Notes: generated by a model from the letters alone, not told the origin. A DNA stretch of 64,000 nucleotides from Bacillota bacterium (GCA_023391005.1 JAEWBS010000112.1:2143-66142); one strand, 5' to 3'. Shown: positions 50,282 to 60,825, numbered from the stretch's first letter. Program-made: numbers and translations.

Positions 50282-51514
50282 TTACCATGCAGACGGCAAT
50301 ATACCGGCCAAATTAAATAGGGCATAGACCGCCGCCGCGCAAAAGAGCGTGATAATAACCGCCTGCATGCCCTTCGAGGCATACCATCCGCATTTCCAGG
50401 AGGGCTCCATGTCGCCGTTTTTACGCGCGCTGTTAAGCATCAGGGCCGGCAAAATCGACATGATGACGCCGCCGAAGGTACCCGCGAGATAGATTGCGTC
50501 GACAAAGCTGACAAGCCCGCTATAAGCCAAAGCAAAGGGCGGCAGCGCCACGCACGCAATGGCGGTCACACGGGTTTTGGGGTCGTCCTCGCTTTTAAAC
50601 TTAAACATATCCACAATGTTAGTCAGCATTGAGCCGCCCACCGCCCAGTAGGAGGTCATCATCGCACACAATGCAAACAGATTGGCCGCGAAGAACGCCC
50701 AAGTGCCAAGGGCCTGCCCCCAAGCCAGAGTCGCCACCTCGGTAACACTATCCGGCCCGGTCAGCGAAATGACCGCCAAAGGAACAAGTGCCAATAAGAT
50801 GCCGGTGATCAGCATGCCGATTGTAATGGCCTTGGGCAATGCCTTTGCATCATGGCGTAGTCCGCGTGCCAGCTCGGGTACCGCATATTGCGCAATGTAA
50901 CAGAAGATAGCCACATTAAAGACCGGCACCGCATAGATCCAGTTGCTGTAAATAGCCCGGCTGACCTCCGCCTTGCCCGACAGAAAGGAGAAGCCGATGA
51001 TGATGGTCAATAAAACGATCATACCGCTGCTAATAAACTTTTCGGCAACGCCGGTCGCTTTAAGGCCAAACCAGACCACAACGACGGCCGGAATCGTAAA
51101 CAGCAGGCTGCCGATAGGGCGCGATACCCCCAAGATCTGTGAAAGGATGTTACCGCTACCGTTTGTATAGGCGATCATACAGCCGATGGAATTGGCGCAG
51201 ACCGATATAAAAACCAGAACCGAGCCCGCTTTGCCGACATATTTTTCCGCAAGGCCAGGCAGCTGCATGGTTTTTCTGGTGCGCAGCGTCGTTTCTGCAA
51301 CATAGAGCATCGAAACGGTGGTAAACACACCGGCCATAATCAGCCAGAGCAGCAGAATCGGCCAGCCCGCCTTGCGGATGGAGTAAGCAAGGCCCAAAAT
51401 ACCCGACCCGATATTGGCCCCCACAATGATTAACGCCGCTTCCCAAAAAGTTAACCTTTTAACACTGAGTGCGCCTTCTTCGGTTATGACGACATTGCCG
51501 CTTGATTCATTCAT
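50282..51514 (-). CDS. aromatic amino acid permease family transporter
   Basis: IVGANIGSGILGL, about 11 TM segments, TSY. Confidence 0.85.
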   Translation of the reverse strand: MNESSGNVVITEEGALSVKRLTFWEAALIIVGANIGSGILGLAYSIRKAGWPILLLWLIMAGVFTTVSMLYVAETTLRTRKTMQLPGLAEKYVGKAGSVLVFISVCANSIGCMIAYTNGSGNILSQILGVSRPIGSLLFTIPAVVVVWFGLKATGVAEKFISSGMIVLLTIIIGFSFLSGKAEVSRAIYSNWIYAVPVFNVAIFCYIAQYAVPELARGLRHDAKALPKAITIGMLITGILLALVPLAVISLTGPDSVTEVATLAWGQALGTWAFFAANLFALCAMMTSYWAVGGSMLTNIVDMFKFKSEDDPKTRVTAIACVALPPFALAYSGLVSFVDAIYLAGTFGGVIMSILPALMLNSARKNGDMEPSWKCGWYASKGMQAVIITLFCAAAVYALFNLAGILPSAW

Positions 51515-52056
51515 ATTGAACGCTCCTCTTTATCAAATTTTGGCACTGAGATTTCTTTCATTATAGTGAATATAAAATAACAATTCAATTGATTTTATTA
51601 ACAACTTAAAAACTTATAATTGCACAATTGCAACAATATCGCAACATTAACATCTTTTATAGTTAATATAGCAACATAATCAGATGAAGTTCGAATGATT
51701 CTTCATATGCTGATTCAAACAGCATTATGCAATTTTTGTAAATATATATTTCACAACGGCGCTGCCAGCAATTATCATTCGTGATGTGCTAAAAGTCCAA
51801 CGTGTTTCACTTTCCCATCATCCCGACAACTGTCTCATAGGTCACAGGTGCTATGTTGGAAGCCCGCCGCACTTTTCGGCAAAACGCCACCGGTTTACCG
51901 CTCCATGCAGCAGCGCCCGGGAAACAAAAACCCCCAATCGCAGATTCCATGCTACGATTGGAGGCTTTCTAATCTCTAATTATGTCTGGGGCTGCCCACG
52001 CATATCCCCGTTGCGAGCTGTTCTCTATGATCGCCGATGATACGCCTGCAGACAGG

Positions 52057-52914
52057 TTATTGGGCGATGCCCAGTTTCTTCATCCAGTCAGGCAGCTCCT
52101 CAGACTTGAGACCGTTATAGCGGCAGCGCACATAGCGACAGTCGGCACAAATCCCCTTGTTACCGTTGACCGGCGGCTCACCCTTGATCTCCTCTTCAAG
52201 GAACGCAACCAGTGCGCGAACCGGCGCTTCGTCTCCTTCAACAGCAAGGGTGACGGCGCCCTCGTTGCCGCCGACACCGCCGCAGCAGACCAAAACGCCC
52301 GAAAGGTCAAACAGCAGCTCGATGGCCTTGAGCTCGGTAACGACGATGGCATTTGACAGGCAGTACATGCCAAAATCGGCCCCCATCGAAATATCAATGC
52401 TGCGCGCGCCCACCGCCCGACAGGACTCGGGTACCGAGGGCACCAGCTTTTCAAGCCCCACCGGCGCAATATATTTAAGTCCGTTGGAGGTGACCGGCCC
52501 GATCACACGGGGGATGGTGCCGCCGTCGAAGCCCGCGGTAACCACGCCGACATTGCCCTGCATGTCAACGGCGTTGGCCCCTTTAATGACGATCGTCTCG
52601 GCGTGAAAATCGCAAAGCGCGTCGTTGAGCGCTTTATCCGACGGCTCACCCTTATAAAAAACGTTCGGATAACTCTTGCGGCTGGCGGGATGCGTGACAC
52701 AGAGCAGGCCGTCGGTACTCAGGCCCACCGTACATTGGGCGGGCTCTATGCCGTCGCGGCCCAGCATCTCCTGCGCGATAAAGGCGTTGGTTGTGCCTCC
52801 GGCCAGCAGCACATAGGCCGATTCCCATGCCTTTTTAAATTCGGGCATCTGCACCACCGCCTTGGCAATCAGCCGCCGCGATTCGGCGGACGTCAGCGTA
52901 AATACAGTTTTCAT
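52057..52914 (-). CDS. conserved hypothetical protein with C-terminal CxxCxxxxC
   Basis: ESRRLIAKAV, GTTN, KGANA, PVGLEK, GGVGGNEG; CADCRYVRC. Confidence 0.75.
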   Translation of the reverse strand: MKTVFTLTSAESRRLIAKAVVQMPEFKKAWESAYVLLAGGTTNAFIAQEMLGRDGIEPAQCTVGLSTDGLLCVTHPASRKSYPNVFYKGEPSDKALNDALCDFHAETIVIKGANAVDMQGNVGVVTAGFDGGTIPRVIGPVTSNGLKYIAPVGLEKLVPSVPESCRAVGARSIDISMGADFGMYCLSNAIVVTELKAIELLFDLSGVLVCCGGVGGNEGAVTLAVEGDEAPVRALVAFLEEEIKGEPPVNGNKGICADCRYVRCRYNGLKSEELPDWMKKLGIAQ

Positions 52915-52932
52915 CTCATAAACCTCCTTATA

Positions 52933-53841
52933 TTACTGCTTTTCGGGATGAAGCTTCAGATCGACAACAGGGTTTACGAGCGGCGCCATCTCAAAGCCGT
53001 TCGGGCCAAAAATCCGGCATTCGGCCACATCGCCGTCCTGAATATGAAAAGCGCGGGGCGTGCCGGTCGAAAGAATATCGCCGGGCAGCCAGCCCTGCAT
53101 GTGGGACACAAGGCTGACCAGACGGGCGGGCTTATGCGTCATGTTGCGAACGACGTTTTTAGCATGTACTTCTCCGTTGTGAACCGACTGCACCTCAAGC
53201 GCCAGCACATCCTCAACCTCATCGGGGGTGACGAGCTGCGGGCCAAAGCTGAAAAAGGTGTCAAAGCCCTTGACCAGCGTGAGGAAGCGCGGGTTCAGCC
53301 GCAAAATTGATTCCTCGGTCATATCGAGTATCGTGGTATAGCCGACAATATAATCCATCCAGTCCTCTTCCGCAATGAATTTGCAGGCCTTGCCGAGAAT
53401 AATGCCCAACTCGCCCTCAGCCGTCGATTTCTGCGCCTCGGGCAGCGCCGGAATTTTAATATCGTCGCCGGGGCCAACGATACAGGAGGCGGGCTTATAA
53501 AAGCTGCCGGGAAAGCCAACCGGCGCGTTCTCGCCCAGGTCACCGGCATGGTCGACATAATTAAGGCCGATGCCGAAAATACGCGGCGGGTTACGATAAA
53601 GCGGGCCATAGACGACCGCGTCAAACGGCACGATGCCGGGAAGATGTTCCAGCTCAGCCTTGCCGCCCGCATTATACCAAGCGGTCAGGCCGGGGATTTG
53701 GTCTGCGCAGATCAGCGCATACATCTCGGTTTTCCAAGCGGTGCCCTTGGCGGCGTTGAGCGCGGCGATCGGGAATACGCCACCAGCGGTGACAATACCG
53801 GCAATCTCCGCGCCATTTTGCCGGATGGTTGCAAGTCTCAT
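52933..53841 (-). CDS. fumarylacetoacetate hydrolase family protein
   Basis: IGLNYVDHA, EGELG, KGFDTF, PGDILSTGTP. Confidence 0.92.
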   Translation of the reverse strand: MRLATIRQNGAEIAGIVTAGGVFPIAALNAAKGTAWKTEMYALICADQIPGLTAWYNAGGKAELEHLPGIVPFDAVVYGPLYRNPPRIFGIGLNYVDHAGDLGENAPVGFPGSFYKPASCIVGPGDDIKIPALPEAQKSTAEGELGIILGKACKFIAEEDWMDYIVGYTTILDMTEESILRLNPRFLTLVKGFDTFFSFGPQLVTPDEVEDVLALEVQSVHNGEVHAKNVVRNMTHKPARLVSLVSHMQGWLPGDILSTGTPRAFHIQDGDVAECRIFGPNGFEMAPLVNPVVDLKLHPEKQ

Positions 53842-54133
53842 GGGCGATCTCTCCTTTTTACAGCTTAAAATTCAATGATCAGGCTACCACGTTGCCGCTT
53901 AAAGGCAGTGCCTTTTTATGTCGCAATGGCCGTGTAGCCACTTTAGGCGGCGTTTAGCGCCGCCTGTTCTTTTATTAACGTTATCATGATTTGGGGGCTT
54001 TGTAAAGGAGGGCTTTTCCTATTATACTATAATCTAACGCCTATATATTAAACACTATAAAATCCTGCATCCCTAGCATTAAAAGAATCTCACATCTGAT
54101 CTTGGGGCAACGCGCGCAATTTATTCCTGTCAT

Positions 54134-54162
54134 TTGACAATAGGCATATTCCTATGTATTCT
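54134..54162 (+). promoter_or_regulatory. lysR promoter with palindromic site in the spacer
   Basis: TTGACA-N17-TATTCT; ATAGG-N6-CCTAT at 54140-54155. Confidence 0.6.
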
Positions 54163-54209
54163 AGTTAAAAGCGGCGTGGATCGCCGTCTGAAAGGGCAGG
54201 TGCCGCCAC

Positions 54210-55157
54210 ATGTTTGTCAATCGAAATCCCGACTATTTTCTCACGGTGGCGCGGGAGCGCAACATCTCTCGCGCGGCTGAAAAACTGTTTATTTCGCAGC
54301 CCTCGCTTAGCCAGCATATCGCGAAGCTCGAGGAGTCACTGGAAACCAAACTCTTCGACCGCTCTCAAAATCCACTGGCATTGACGCCGAGCGGACAGAT
54401 GTACCGAAGCTATCTCGAGAACAGCAATCATCTCTACCAAAAGTTTCAATCGGGGCTTAGCAGCTTGAATTCCCCGCGCAGCCAGACCGTAAGCCTCGGG
54501 CTCGGAACCTGGCGCGGCTCGATTCTATTGCCACAAATTTTGCCCGACTTTTTGCGTGCGCATCCGCACGCTCAGGTCAATCTCCACGAATATCCGATCA
54601 GCGCGCTCTATGGCCTGCTGCAGGACGGAACGGCCGATTTCGCCGTCATGAACACCTCGGCAACCGGCGCGCCCGACGCTTTTGTCACCGAAACGATCAG
54701 CTATGAGCGCATTCTTTTAGTGATGCGCCGTGATAATCCGGCGGCACAAGCCTTTATTGGCATGCACGCCGAGGGCCTGCCGCTGGATTTAAAGCTGCTT
54801 GAAACCCAACGGTTTATAGCGTTAAACCAGACGTTGACGGTTGGACGGCACGTTAGCAATTTTTTAGAAAAGAATCTGCTGGTCTTTTCTGAGCGGCTCA
54901 ATACCACCAATAATCACACCGCACTGCAGCTCGCCGCCGCAGGGGTGGGCTTTTGTTTTCTGGTTGAGACCGGTGTTAAGGACGCCGCAAACTATCCGGG
55001 TTTGATTTTTTTCGATACCCGCTCGGCCGATCTTAATATCCCGCTGTCGTTCTGCTACAAAATGAACACCTATCTGACACCGCTTGCCCAAGCGCTGATG
55101 GATGTGATCAGAACCTACTACCAGAATTGGGAAACGACCGATTTAACGCTTTTATAA
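54210..55157 (+). CDS. LysR family regulator
   Basis: ISRAAEKLFISQPSLSQHIAKLEE..LFDR. Confidence 0.94.
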   Translation: MFVNRNPDYFLTVARERNISRAAEKLFISQPSLSQHIAKLEESLETKLFDRSQNPLALTPSGQMYRSYLENSNHLYQKFQSGLSSLNSPRSQTVSLGLGTWRGSILLPQILPDFLRAHPHAQVNLHEYPISALYGLLQDGTADFAVMNTSATGAPDAFVTETISYERILLVMRRDNPAAQAFIGMHAEGLPLDLKLLETQRFIALNQTLTVGRHVSNFLEKNLLVFSERLNTTNNHTALQLAAAGVGFCFLVETGVKDAANYPGLIFFDTRSADLNIPLSFCYKMNTYLTPLAQALMDVIRTYYQNWETTDLTLL

Positions 55158-55296
55158 CGCTTAAACTGGGTATGCCTTTCGGGTGGTATCCCAGACAGCG
55201 CCCCGAACGCCATCCAACTGCAAAAGGCTCGGACGACTTTCTCAAGGAAATTCGTCCGAGCCTTTATGATTCTCTGGATGCGTTTGGGCGCTGCCG

Positions 55297-55785
55297 TTAC
55301 GGGCTGCTTTTTTTGCGCATATGACGCTGCACAGCCTTTACAATCAGATATATTCCCAGCGCGGCCAGCAGCCCCACGCAAAACCCCGAGAAATCAAGCC
55401 ATACGTCCTGAACCTGCGCGCCGCGATACGAAAAAATCTGTATTGTTTCGTCGAGCGTCGCAACAATCAGGCCAAAAAAGGCGCAGTTCACAACGGACTG
55501 AAGCCGCACACGTCCGAACAGTATCAGCAGCAGCGCAAGCTGGGTGCCAAGCGCTGCAAACTCGGTGAAATGGGCCAGCTTGCGGACAAAATGATCGGTC
55601 ACGTTCCCGACTCCGGCCATAACCTCCAGCACCGGTTTGACCTTTTTAAGAACGCCAAGACTCAGCGCCTGTGACGCTTCAATGCTCTGCGTCGAGTTGC
55701 CCCAAATAAAGGTCAACGTGCCAAGTACGAAGAAAACCAGAACAACGGTCGATATACGTTTTGTTTTCATGTTATTTGATGACAT
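55297..55785 (-). CDS. VanZ family membrane protein
   Basis: VRKLAHFTEF, DETIQ, R.AQVQDVWLD. Confidence 0.88.
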   Translation of the reverse strand: MSSNNMKTKRISTVVLVFFVLGTLTFIWGNSTQSIEASQALSLGVLKKVKPVLEVMAGVGNVTDHFVRKLAHFTEFAALGTQLALLLILFGRVRLQSVVNCAFFGLIVATLDETIQIFSYRGAQVQDVWLDFSGFCVGLLAALGIYLIVKAVQRHMRKKSSP

Positions 55786-55793
55786 CCGTCCGT

Positions 55794-57029
55794 CTATTGG
55801 CGGCGAATAAGCACGCAGGCTACGTCGTTAACGTTCGTACCCGTCGGGCCGGTCATGATCAGCCCGCCGCAGGCGTTTAACGCGTGATAGGCATCGTTAT
55901 TGCGCAACACCTCAAAGGGGTCGATCCCCCGCTCTTGGAGCTGCTGGTAGGTGCTGTCGGTAACAAACCCGCCCGCGGCGTCGGTGGGGCCGTCGGTGCC
56001 GTCCGAGCCAAATGAGAACACGGCCGTCTCCTGCAACCCATTGAGCAGCGCGGCTGCCCCGAGCGCAATTTCCTGATTGCGACCGCCCAGACCTTTGCCG
56101 GTCAGCGTCACAACTGTTTCGCCCCCGGCCAGAAAAGCTAACGATTTGTCGCCGCTCTGGTGGTACTGCGCTATAGCCGCCAGAAACGCGCCGGCGTCAC
56201 GGGCCTGACAGGTGAGGCAATCAGTCAATACCGTCGTTTCATAGCCGAGCGACCGGCAGACGGCGGCCGCAGCCTCGCACAATTCGCGCACACTGCCGGT
56301 TATGACCGTTTCGACGTTATCAAGCGACTTGGGCGTTTCCTGATCGAGCAGGGCCAACGCTTTTTCAGAAAGGGACAGGCGATATTTTTCAACCACCTGC
56401 TTGGCGTCCTGAGCGGTCGAGGAATCGGGGTAGGCCGGGCCGGAAGCAATCATATCCAGCGGATCCCCGATAATATCCGAGAGAACGATGGAGAATACGC
56501 GTGCCGGCGCGCAATGTTGGGCGAACCGCCCGCCTTTAACGCCGGACATACGCTTGCGCAGCGTGTTCATTTCCACAATATCGGCTCCGCAAGCCAGCAG
56601 ATCCTTCGTTAGCTGCAAAAGCTCGGTTTCTGGGATAAGCGGGGCCTCAAACAGCGCCGACCCGCCGCCCGACAGGAGGAACAAAACTGTATCTTTCTCG
56701 GTCAAATCCCCGGTCAGCTCAAGCACACGACGCGTGGCTTTAAAGGTATTTTCGTCTGGAACGGGGTGCCCCGCCTCCCAAATTTCAAACGACCCGATGG
56801 CCCCTTGGCTATGGTCGTATTTTGTGATGACAATGCCGCCGGTAATTTGGTGCCCCAACTGATCAAAAGCGGCGTCAGCCATCGCCCAGGCAGCCTTGCC
56901 GACGGCGACCACCAAAAGCTGTCCGCCAGAAAATGCCCGATCTGCAAGCGCCCGGCTCACCGCCTGCCTCGGCTGTACCTGTAAAATAGATTGCGCGACA
57001 ATTCTGTCGCAGTCGTCTCGTAAGCGCAT
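55794..57029 (-). CDS. glycerate 2-kinase, type 2 (MOFRL/TtuD)
   Basis: GKAA, GHPVP, SGGGSAL, GGRNQE, DGTDG, TGTNVND. Confidence 0.93.
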   Translation of the reverse strand: MRLRDDCDRIVAQSILQVQPRQAVSRALADRAFSGGQLLVVAVGKAAWAMADAAFDQLGHQITGGIVITKYDHSQGAIGSFEIWEAGHPVPDENTFKATRRVLELTGDLTEKDTVLFLLSGGGSALFEAPLIPETELLQLTKDLLACGADIVEMNTLRKRMSGVKGGRFAQHCAPARVFSIVLSDIIGDPLDMIASGPAYPDSSTAQDAKQVVEKYRLSLSEKALALLDQETPKSLDNVETVITGSVRELCEAAAAVCRSLGYETTVLTDCLTCQARDAGAFLAAIAQYHQSGDKSLAFLAGGETVVTLTGKGLGGRNQEIALGAAALLNGLQETAVFSFGSDGTDGPTDAAGGFVTDSTYQQLQERGIDPFEVLRNNDAYHALNACGGLIMTGPTGTNVNDVACVLIRRQ

Positions 57030-57213
57030 TGTAATTCCTCCTTAGCGTTCAATAGCCTCATGTTCCATTTTGCTTTGCATAACTCCAGTATACCAAAACA
57101 GAGCCGTTGTGTCTGCTTTCGCAGCTACTTCGGCCCTGTTTTTTTTGAGGTCTACTTGGGCTACCGCCCCCTAAGACGGTTCATATCGCTATCGTTCCAA
57201 AAACAATGCAACG

Positions 57214-57666
57214 CTAATCCAGACGGACTTTGACAACGGCCTTTATAATGGGCTCCGACACCTCATTGATCGCCCGCTCCGGCATATGCCCATCGTCCGG
57301 CAATACCAGCGCGAACAGATCGCCGGTCAGCGTAATCGGCTCGCAGGCGCCTTCAAAATAATACACGTCTTTGTCGTCATGGGATTCTACGAGCGTAAGA
57401 TCATCCAGCGGCGCAAAACAAAAATACTCCTTGCCGCGTACCACCAGTTGAATATCGGCATAGTGATGGTGATTTTCAAGCTTGCACTCTTTGAGCGGAA
57501 AAGAGTTGTAATGCTTGATCAGGATAAACAGGTCCTCGCCGTCGATGGCGTGCTTGCCCGCTTCCATCGCCGCAAGGTCGGTTTCCTGCAAATAGCGCAG
57601 GCCCTTTTCAAAACGCGGGCCGAGTCCGTAATATAAATGGGCGTTTTTCAGTTTATCAATTATCAT
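57214..57666 (-). CDS. YhcH/YjgK/YiaL family protein
   Basis: ENHHHYADIQ, PDDGHMP, KAVVKV. Confidence 0.9.
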   Translation of the reverse strand: MIIDKLKNAHLYYGLGPRFEKGLRYLQETDLAAMEAGKHAIDGEDLFILIKHYNSFPLKECKLENHHHYADIQLVVRGKEYFCFAPLDDLTLVESHDDKDVYYFEGACEPITLTGDLFALVLPDDGHMPERAINEVSEPIIKAVVKVRLD

Positions 57667-57681
57667 AGTCTTCTCCCTTTG

Positions 57682-58575
57682 CTACAATAGTTTGGATTCA
57701 ATAGGGGTTCCGGAGAGTTTTTCGTAATATTTGGCCAAGGCGCTGTGGTCCTGCTGACCACATCCGTCAGCACGCAGCGTCTGCATCATTTCCATTACTG
57801 CTGCTGTCAGCGGGCTGGGGGAGCCGACGCTATGGGCCGTTTCGAGCACATTGGCCAGATCTTTAATATGCAGATCAATTTTAAAACCGGGGTTGTAGTT
57901 GTGCTGGAGCATCATAGGGCCTTTGGCGTTCATGACCGTGCTGCCCGCCAGACCGCCGCTGATCGCATCTAAAACCAGTTTGGGGTCGACACCGGCTTTG
58001 GTGGCCAGCATCAGCGCCTCGGACAACGCCGCGATATTCAGCGCGACAATGACCTGATTCGCCAGCTTGGTCGTATTGCCCGCGCCGATTTCACCGCAGT
58101 AAACAGCGCTTGCGCCCATGCACATAAGAATATCATACACCTTATCAAAGATTGCCTTGTCACCGCCAACCATAATCGATAACGTGCCGTCAACAGCCTT
58201 AGGTTCGCCGCCGCTCACCGGCGCGTCGAGCATTTTTATGTTCTTTTGCGCACACTGCTTAGCGACTTCTTGAGAGGCCAGCGGTGCGATGGAACTCATG
58301 TCTATCAGAATTCCGCCCGGCTGCATGCCGTCTAAAACACCGTTCTCTCCGCAGATGACCGTCTTTACGTGCGGAGAATTGGGCAGCATGGTGATAATAT
58401 GGTCACACTGCTCGGCAACCTGTGCGGGGGAGCCGGCGGTCGTTGCCCCCAAAGCGACTATTTCTTGCACGGCGTCGCTGTTAATGTCGTAAACAACCAG
58501 CGTATGCCCTTTGCTGATTAAATTTTTACACATGGGCTTTCCCATAATGCCAAGCCCGATAAAACCAATTTTCAT
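57682..58575 (-). CDS. garR: 2-hydroxy-3-oxopropionate reductase
   Basis: GFIGLGIMG, MLPNSPHV, DAPVSGGEPKA, KLANQ, LHIKDL. Confidence 0.9.
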   Translation of the reverse strand: MKIGFIGLGIMGKPMCKNLISKGHTLVVYDINSDAVQEIVALGATTAGSPAQVAEQCDHIITMLPNSPHVKTVICGENGVLDGMQPGGILIDMSSIAPLASQEVAKQCAQKNIKMLDAPVSGGEPKAVDGTLSIMVGGDKAIFDKVYDILMCMGASAVYCGEIGAGNTTKLANQVIVALNIAALSEALMLATKAGVDPKLVLDAISGGLAGSTVMNAKGPMMLQHNYNPGFKIDLHIKDLANVLETAHSVGSPSPLTAAVMEMMQTLRADGCGQQDHSALAKYYEKLSGTPIESKLL

Positions 58576-58603
58576 TGTATGCCTCCTGTTATCACGCGTC
58601 CTG

Positions 58604-59578
58604 TCACGGGTTTACAACGTTGATCGGCTTTCCGCCTTGGAACGCCTTTAGATTCTCGACAGCCACATCCAACAGCCGGGAACGGGAAGCGAGTGGCGCC
58701 CAAGACAAGTGGGGCGTAATAATGCAGTTCTTTGCGCCCAGCAGAGGACTGCTTGCGGGCAGCGGCTCTACAGGGACGACATCCAGCCCCGCTCCGGCGA
58801 CCTTGCCGCTCTCCAGTGCGGCGACCAGATCCTCTTCAACAATCAGAGGACCTCTGGAGTTGTTGATAATCATCACGCCGTCCTTCATTTTTTCAATGCT
58901 GTCCTTATTGATGATGCCCGTATTGGCAGGGGTCTGAGGACAATGCAGTGCGATGACGTCGGATTGGGCCAACAACTCGTCTAGCGTTGTGTAGCGCAGC
59001 GTGTCGCAGACAACCGACTGATCCTGAATTTCGTCATAGGCAAGAACCTGCATGCCCAGCGCCTGAGCAAGCCGGGCGGTACGCTTGCCGATTCGGCCAA
59101 GCCCGATGATGCCCATAGTCTTGCCGTCCAGCTCAATAAGCGGATAGTCCCAGAAACAGTAGTCAAGGCATTTGCTCCATTCGCCTGCCTGTACGGCACG
59201 GTTGTGCTCGCCCACATGATGGCAAAGCTCAAGCAAAAGCGCAATGGCAGTTTGTGCGACCGCGGCAGTGCCGTAAATTGGAACATTACAAACGGGGATA
59301 CCCTTCTCCTTCGCGGCGACCGTATCCACAACATTGAACCCTGTTGCCATGACGCCGATAAATTTAATGCTGGGCGCTTTGTCCAGAATATCTCTGGTCA
59401 ACGGCGTTTTGTTGGTAAACACCGCCTGAGCGTCTCCGATGCGCTCTAAAATTAAAGCCGCTTCCTTAGGATCGCTGGTGGTGCGGTCGTAAACCGTTAC
59501 ATCCCCCAGAGCCTGTAAGCTGTCCCAGCTCAAATCGCCGGGGTTTAACGTATAGCCGTCCAGTACGACAATTTTCAT
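58604..59578 (-). CDS. D-2-hydroxyacid (glycerate/hydroxypyruvate) dehydrogenase
   Basis: Same motifs as 33508..34473. Confidence 0.92.
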   Translation of the reverse strand: MKIVVLDGYTLNPGDLSWDSLQALGDVTVYDRTTSDPKEAALILERIGDAQAVFTNKTPLTRDILDKAPSIKFIGVMATGFNVVDTVAAKEKGIPVCNVPIYGTAAVAQTAIALLLELCHHVGEHNRAVQAGEWSKCLDYCFWDYPLIELDGKTMGIIGLGRIGKRTARLAQALGMQVLAYDEIQDQSVVCDTLRYTTLDELLAQSDVIALHCPQTPANTGIINKDSIEKMKDGVMIINNSRGPLIVEEDLVAALESGKVAGAGLDVVPVEPLPASSPLLGAKNCIITPHLSWAPLASRSRLLDVAVENLKAFQGGKPINVVNP

Positions 59579-59651
59579 GCTTCTTCCTCCTGTGGTATAA
59601 GGTTAAAGTTTTATTTAACGATATTTAAAATTAAACGCCCAAAAGTTCGCC

Positions 59652-60635
59652 TTAATGCTCTAAGGCCTCTTTTGCGGCCCTGTCCTTCTCACTGAGCCAA
59701 TCGGGATGCTTTTTAAGGTTCTTTTTATAAATATAGGTCGTCAGAATCGGGGTGCAGATCGCGGTCGTAATCATCGCTGCCGCCACATAAGGCGTTGCCG
59801 CAGCCGCTGTGGCCTCCAGCGTCGGGTCAACCGCCGCAATTGCAAGCGGGACACCGACCGCGTTTCCGGCCGTGCTCGAGCAAGCCGCGCCTGCAACGCC
59901 GGTTCCACCCGTCGCTCTGTCAGCAAAAATATTGATCGCTCCGCCAATACCCACGGTGATGAGCCCCAGCACAATGCCCATCGGGCCTGCGGTGAGAATC
60001 ATGCGGAAGTCGAGGCGCGTGCCCATCGCCAAAGCCATAAAGGGGATCATGATGCTGCCGCCGTTGGTGAGGAATTTTCTCATCTCGGGGTCAAGGTTGC
60101 CGAGAATCATGCCAAAGATAATTGGAACGATAACGCCGACCAGTTCCATGAACGGAATCGTCGCGATACCCGCGGTGCCGACCGCGATCATGGTCAGGAA
60201 GGGACCGTCGTTAACAGATAAAACCGATATGGCGCCGATCTCCTCCTTGGAGCCAAACTCGGCGGTGAGGGCCGCGTACAGTCCGCCGTTTGTATTGGAT
60301 ACGGCGGAGATAATGGCCAAAGCCGAAAGACCTAAGAAGCCGCCGGGGCCGAACAGGCTGTTGACCGCAAGCCCCAGCCCGACCGAAAACAGATATTTGG
60401 TAAGGGTCGTGACGCTGCCGATTTTAAGCGCCTTAGGCGCCGAGTCAAAGGACATGCCCGCACCCATGCATACTAAAAACGCACCGATGAAAACATTGTG
60501 GTTGCTCATGATTGCCGTAACAAATCCGCCAATTTTGAATACGCCCGGAGCGAATGTATTAATGGTCGCCGATATGAACATAGGAACAATCATCATACCG
60601 CCGGGTACCTTTTCGATTGTTTTTTTAATATTCAT
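59652..60635 (-). CDS. kdgT: 2-keto-3-deoxygluconate permease family
   Basis: VPGGMMIVP, NTNGGLY, NDGPFLT, STAGNA. Confidence 0.9.
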   Translation of the reverse strand: MNIKKTIEKVPGGMMIVPMFISATINTFAPGVFKIGGFVTAIMSNHNVFIGAFLVCMGAGMSFDSAPKALKIGSVTTLTKYLFSVGLGLAVNSLFGPGGFLGLSALAIISAVSNTNGGLYAALTAEFGSKEEIGAISVLSVNDGPFLTMIAVGTAGIATIPFMELVGVIVPIIFGMILGNLDPEMRKFLTNGGSIMIPFMALAMGTRLDFRMILTAGPMGIVLGLITVGIGGAINIFADRATGGTGVAGAACSSTAGNAVGVPLAIAAVDPTLEATAAAATPYVAAAMITTAICTPILTTYIYKKNLKKHPDWLSEKDRAAKEALEH

Positions 60636-60715
60636 TCTAACAAAACCTCCCATTAAGCAAATATTGTCCCGCTTACAACAAAATCTCCGGCGCGCACGGA
60701 TATTCTGCTGGCCCC

Positions 60716-60772
60716 ATTATAGTGAGGTTTTAATGCAATGTCAACAAAAATATTTAAACATTTAAATATTTT
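60716..60772 (-). promoter_or_regulatory. consensus sigmaA promoter of the kdgT operon plus upstream palindrome
   Basis: Minus strand TTGACA(60739-60744)-N17-TATAAT(60716-60721); aaaatatttaaa-ca-tttaaatatttt at 60747-60772. Confidence 0.8.
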
Positions 60773-60825
60773 ATTAGGCAATCGTACATCAATATGTATA
60801 GAATATATACACATGCGTATATATT

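Noticed and set aside
51786..52056. Riboswitch or T-box upstream of the amino-acid permease
   Set aside because: Only a terminator-like hairpin (~51925-51968) for the upstream operon is evident; no aptamer or T-box consensus recognised.
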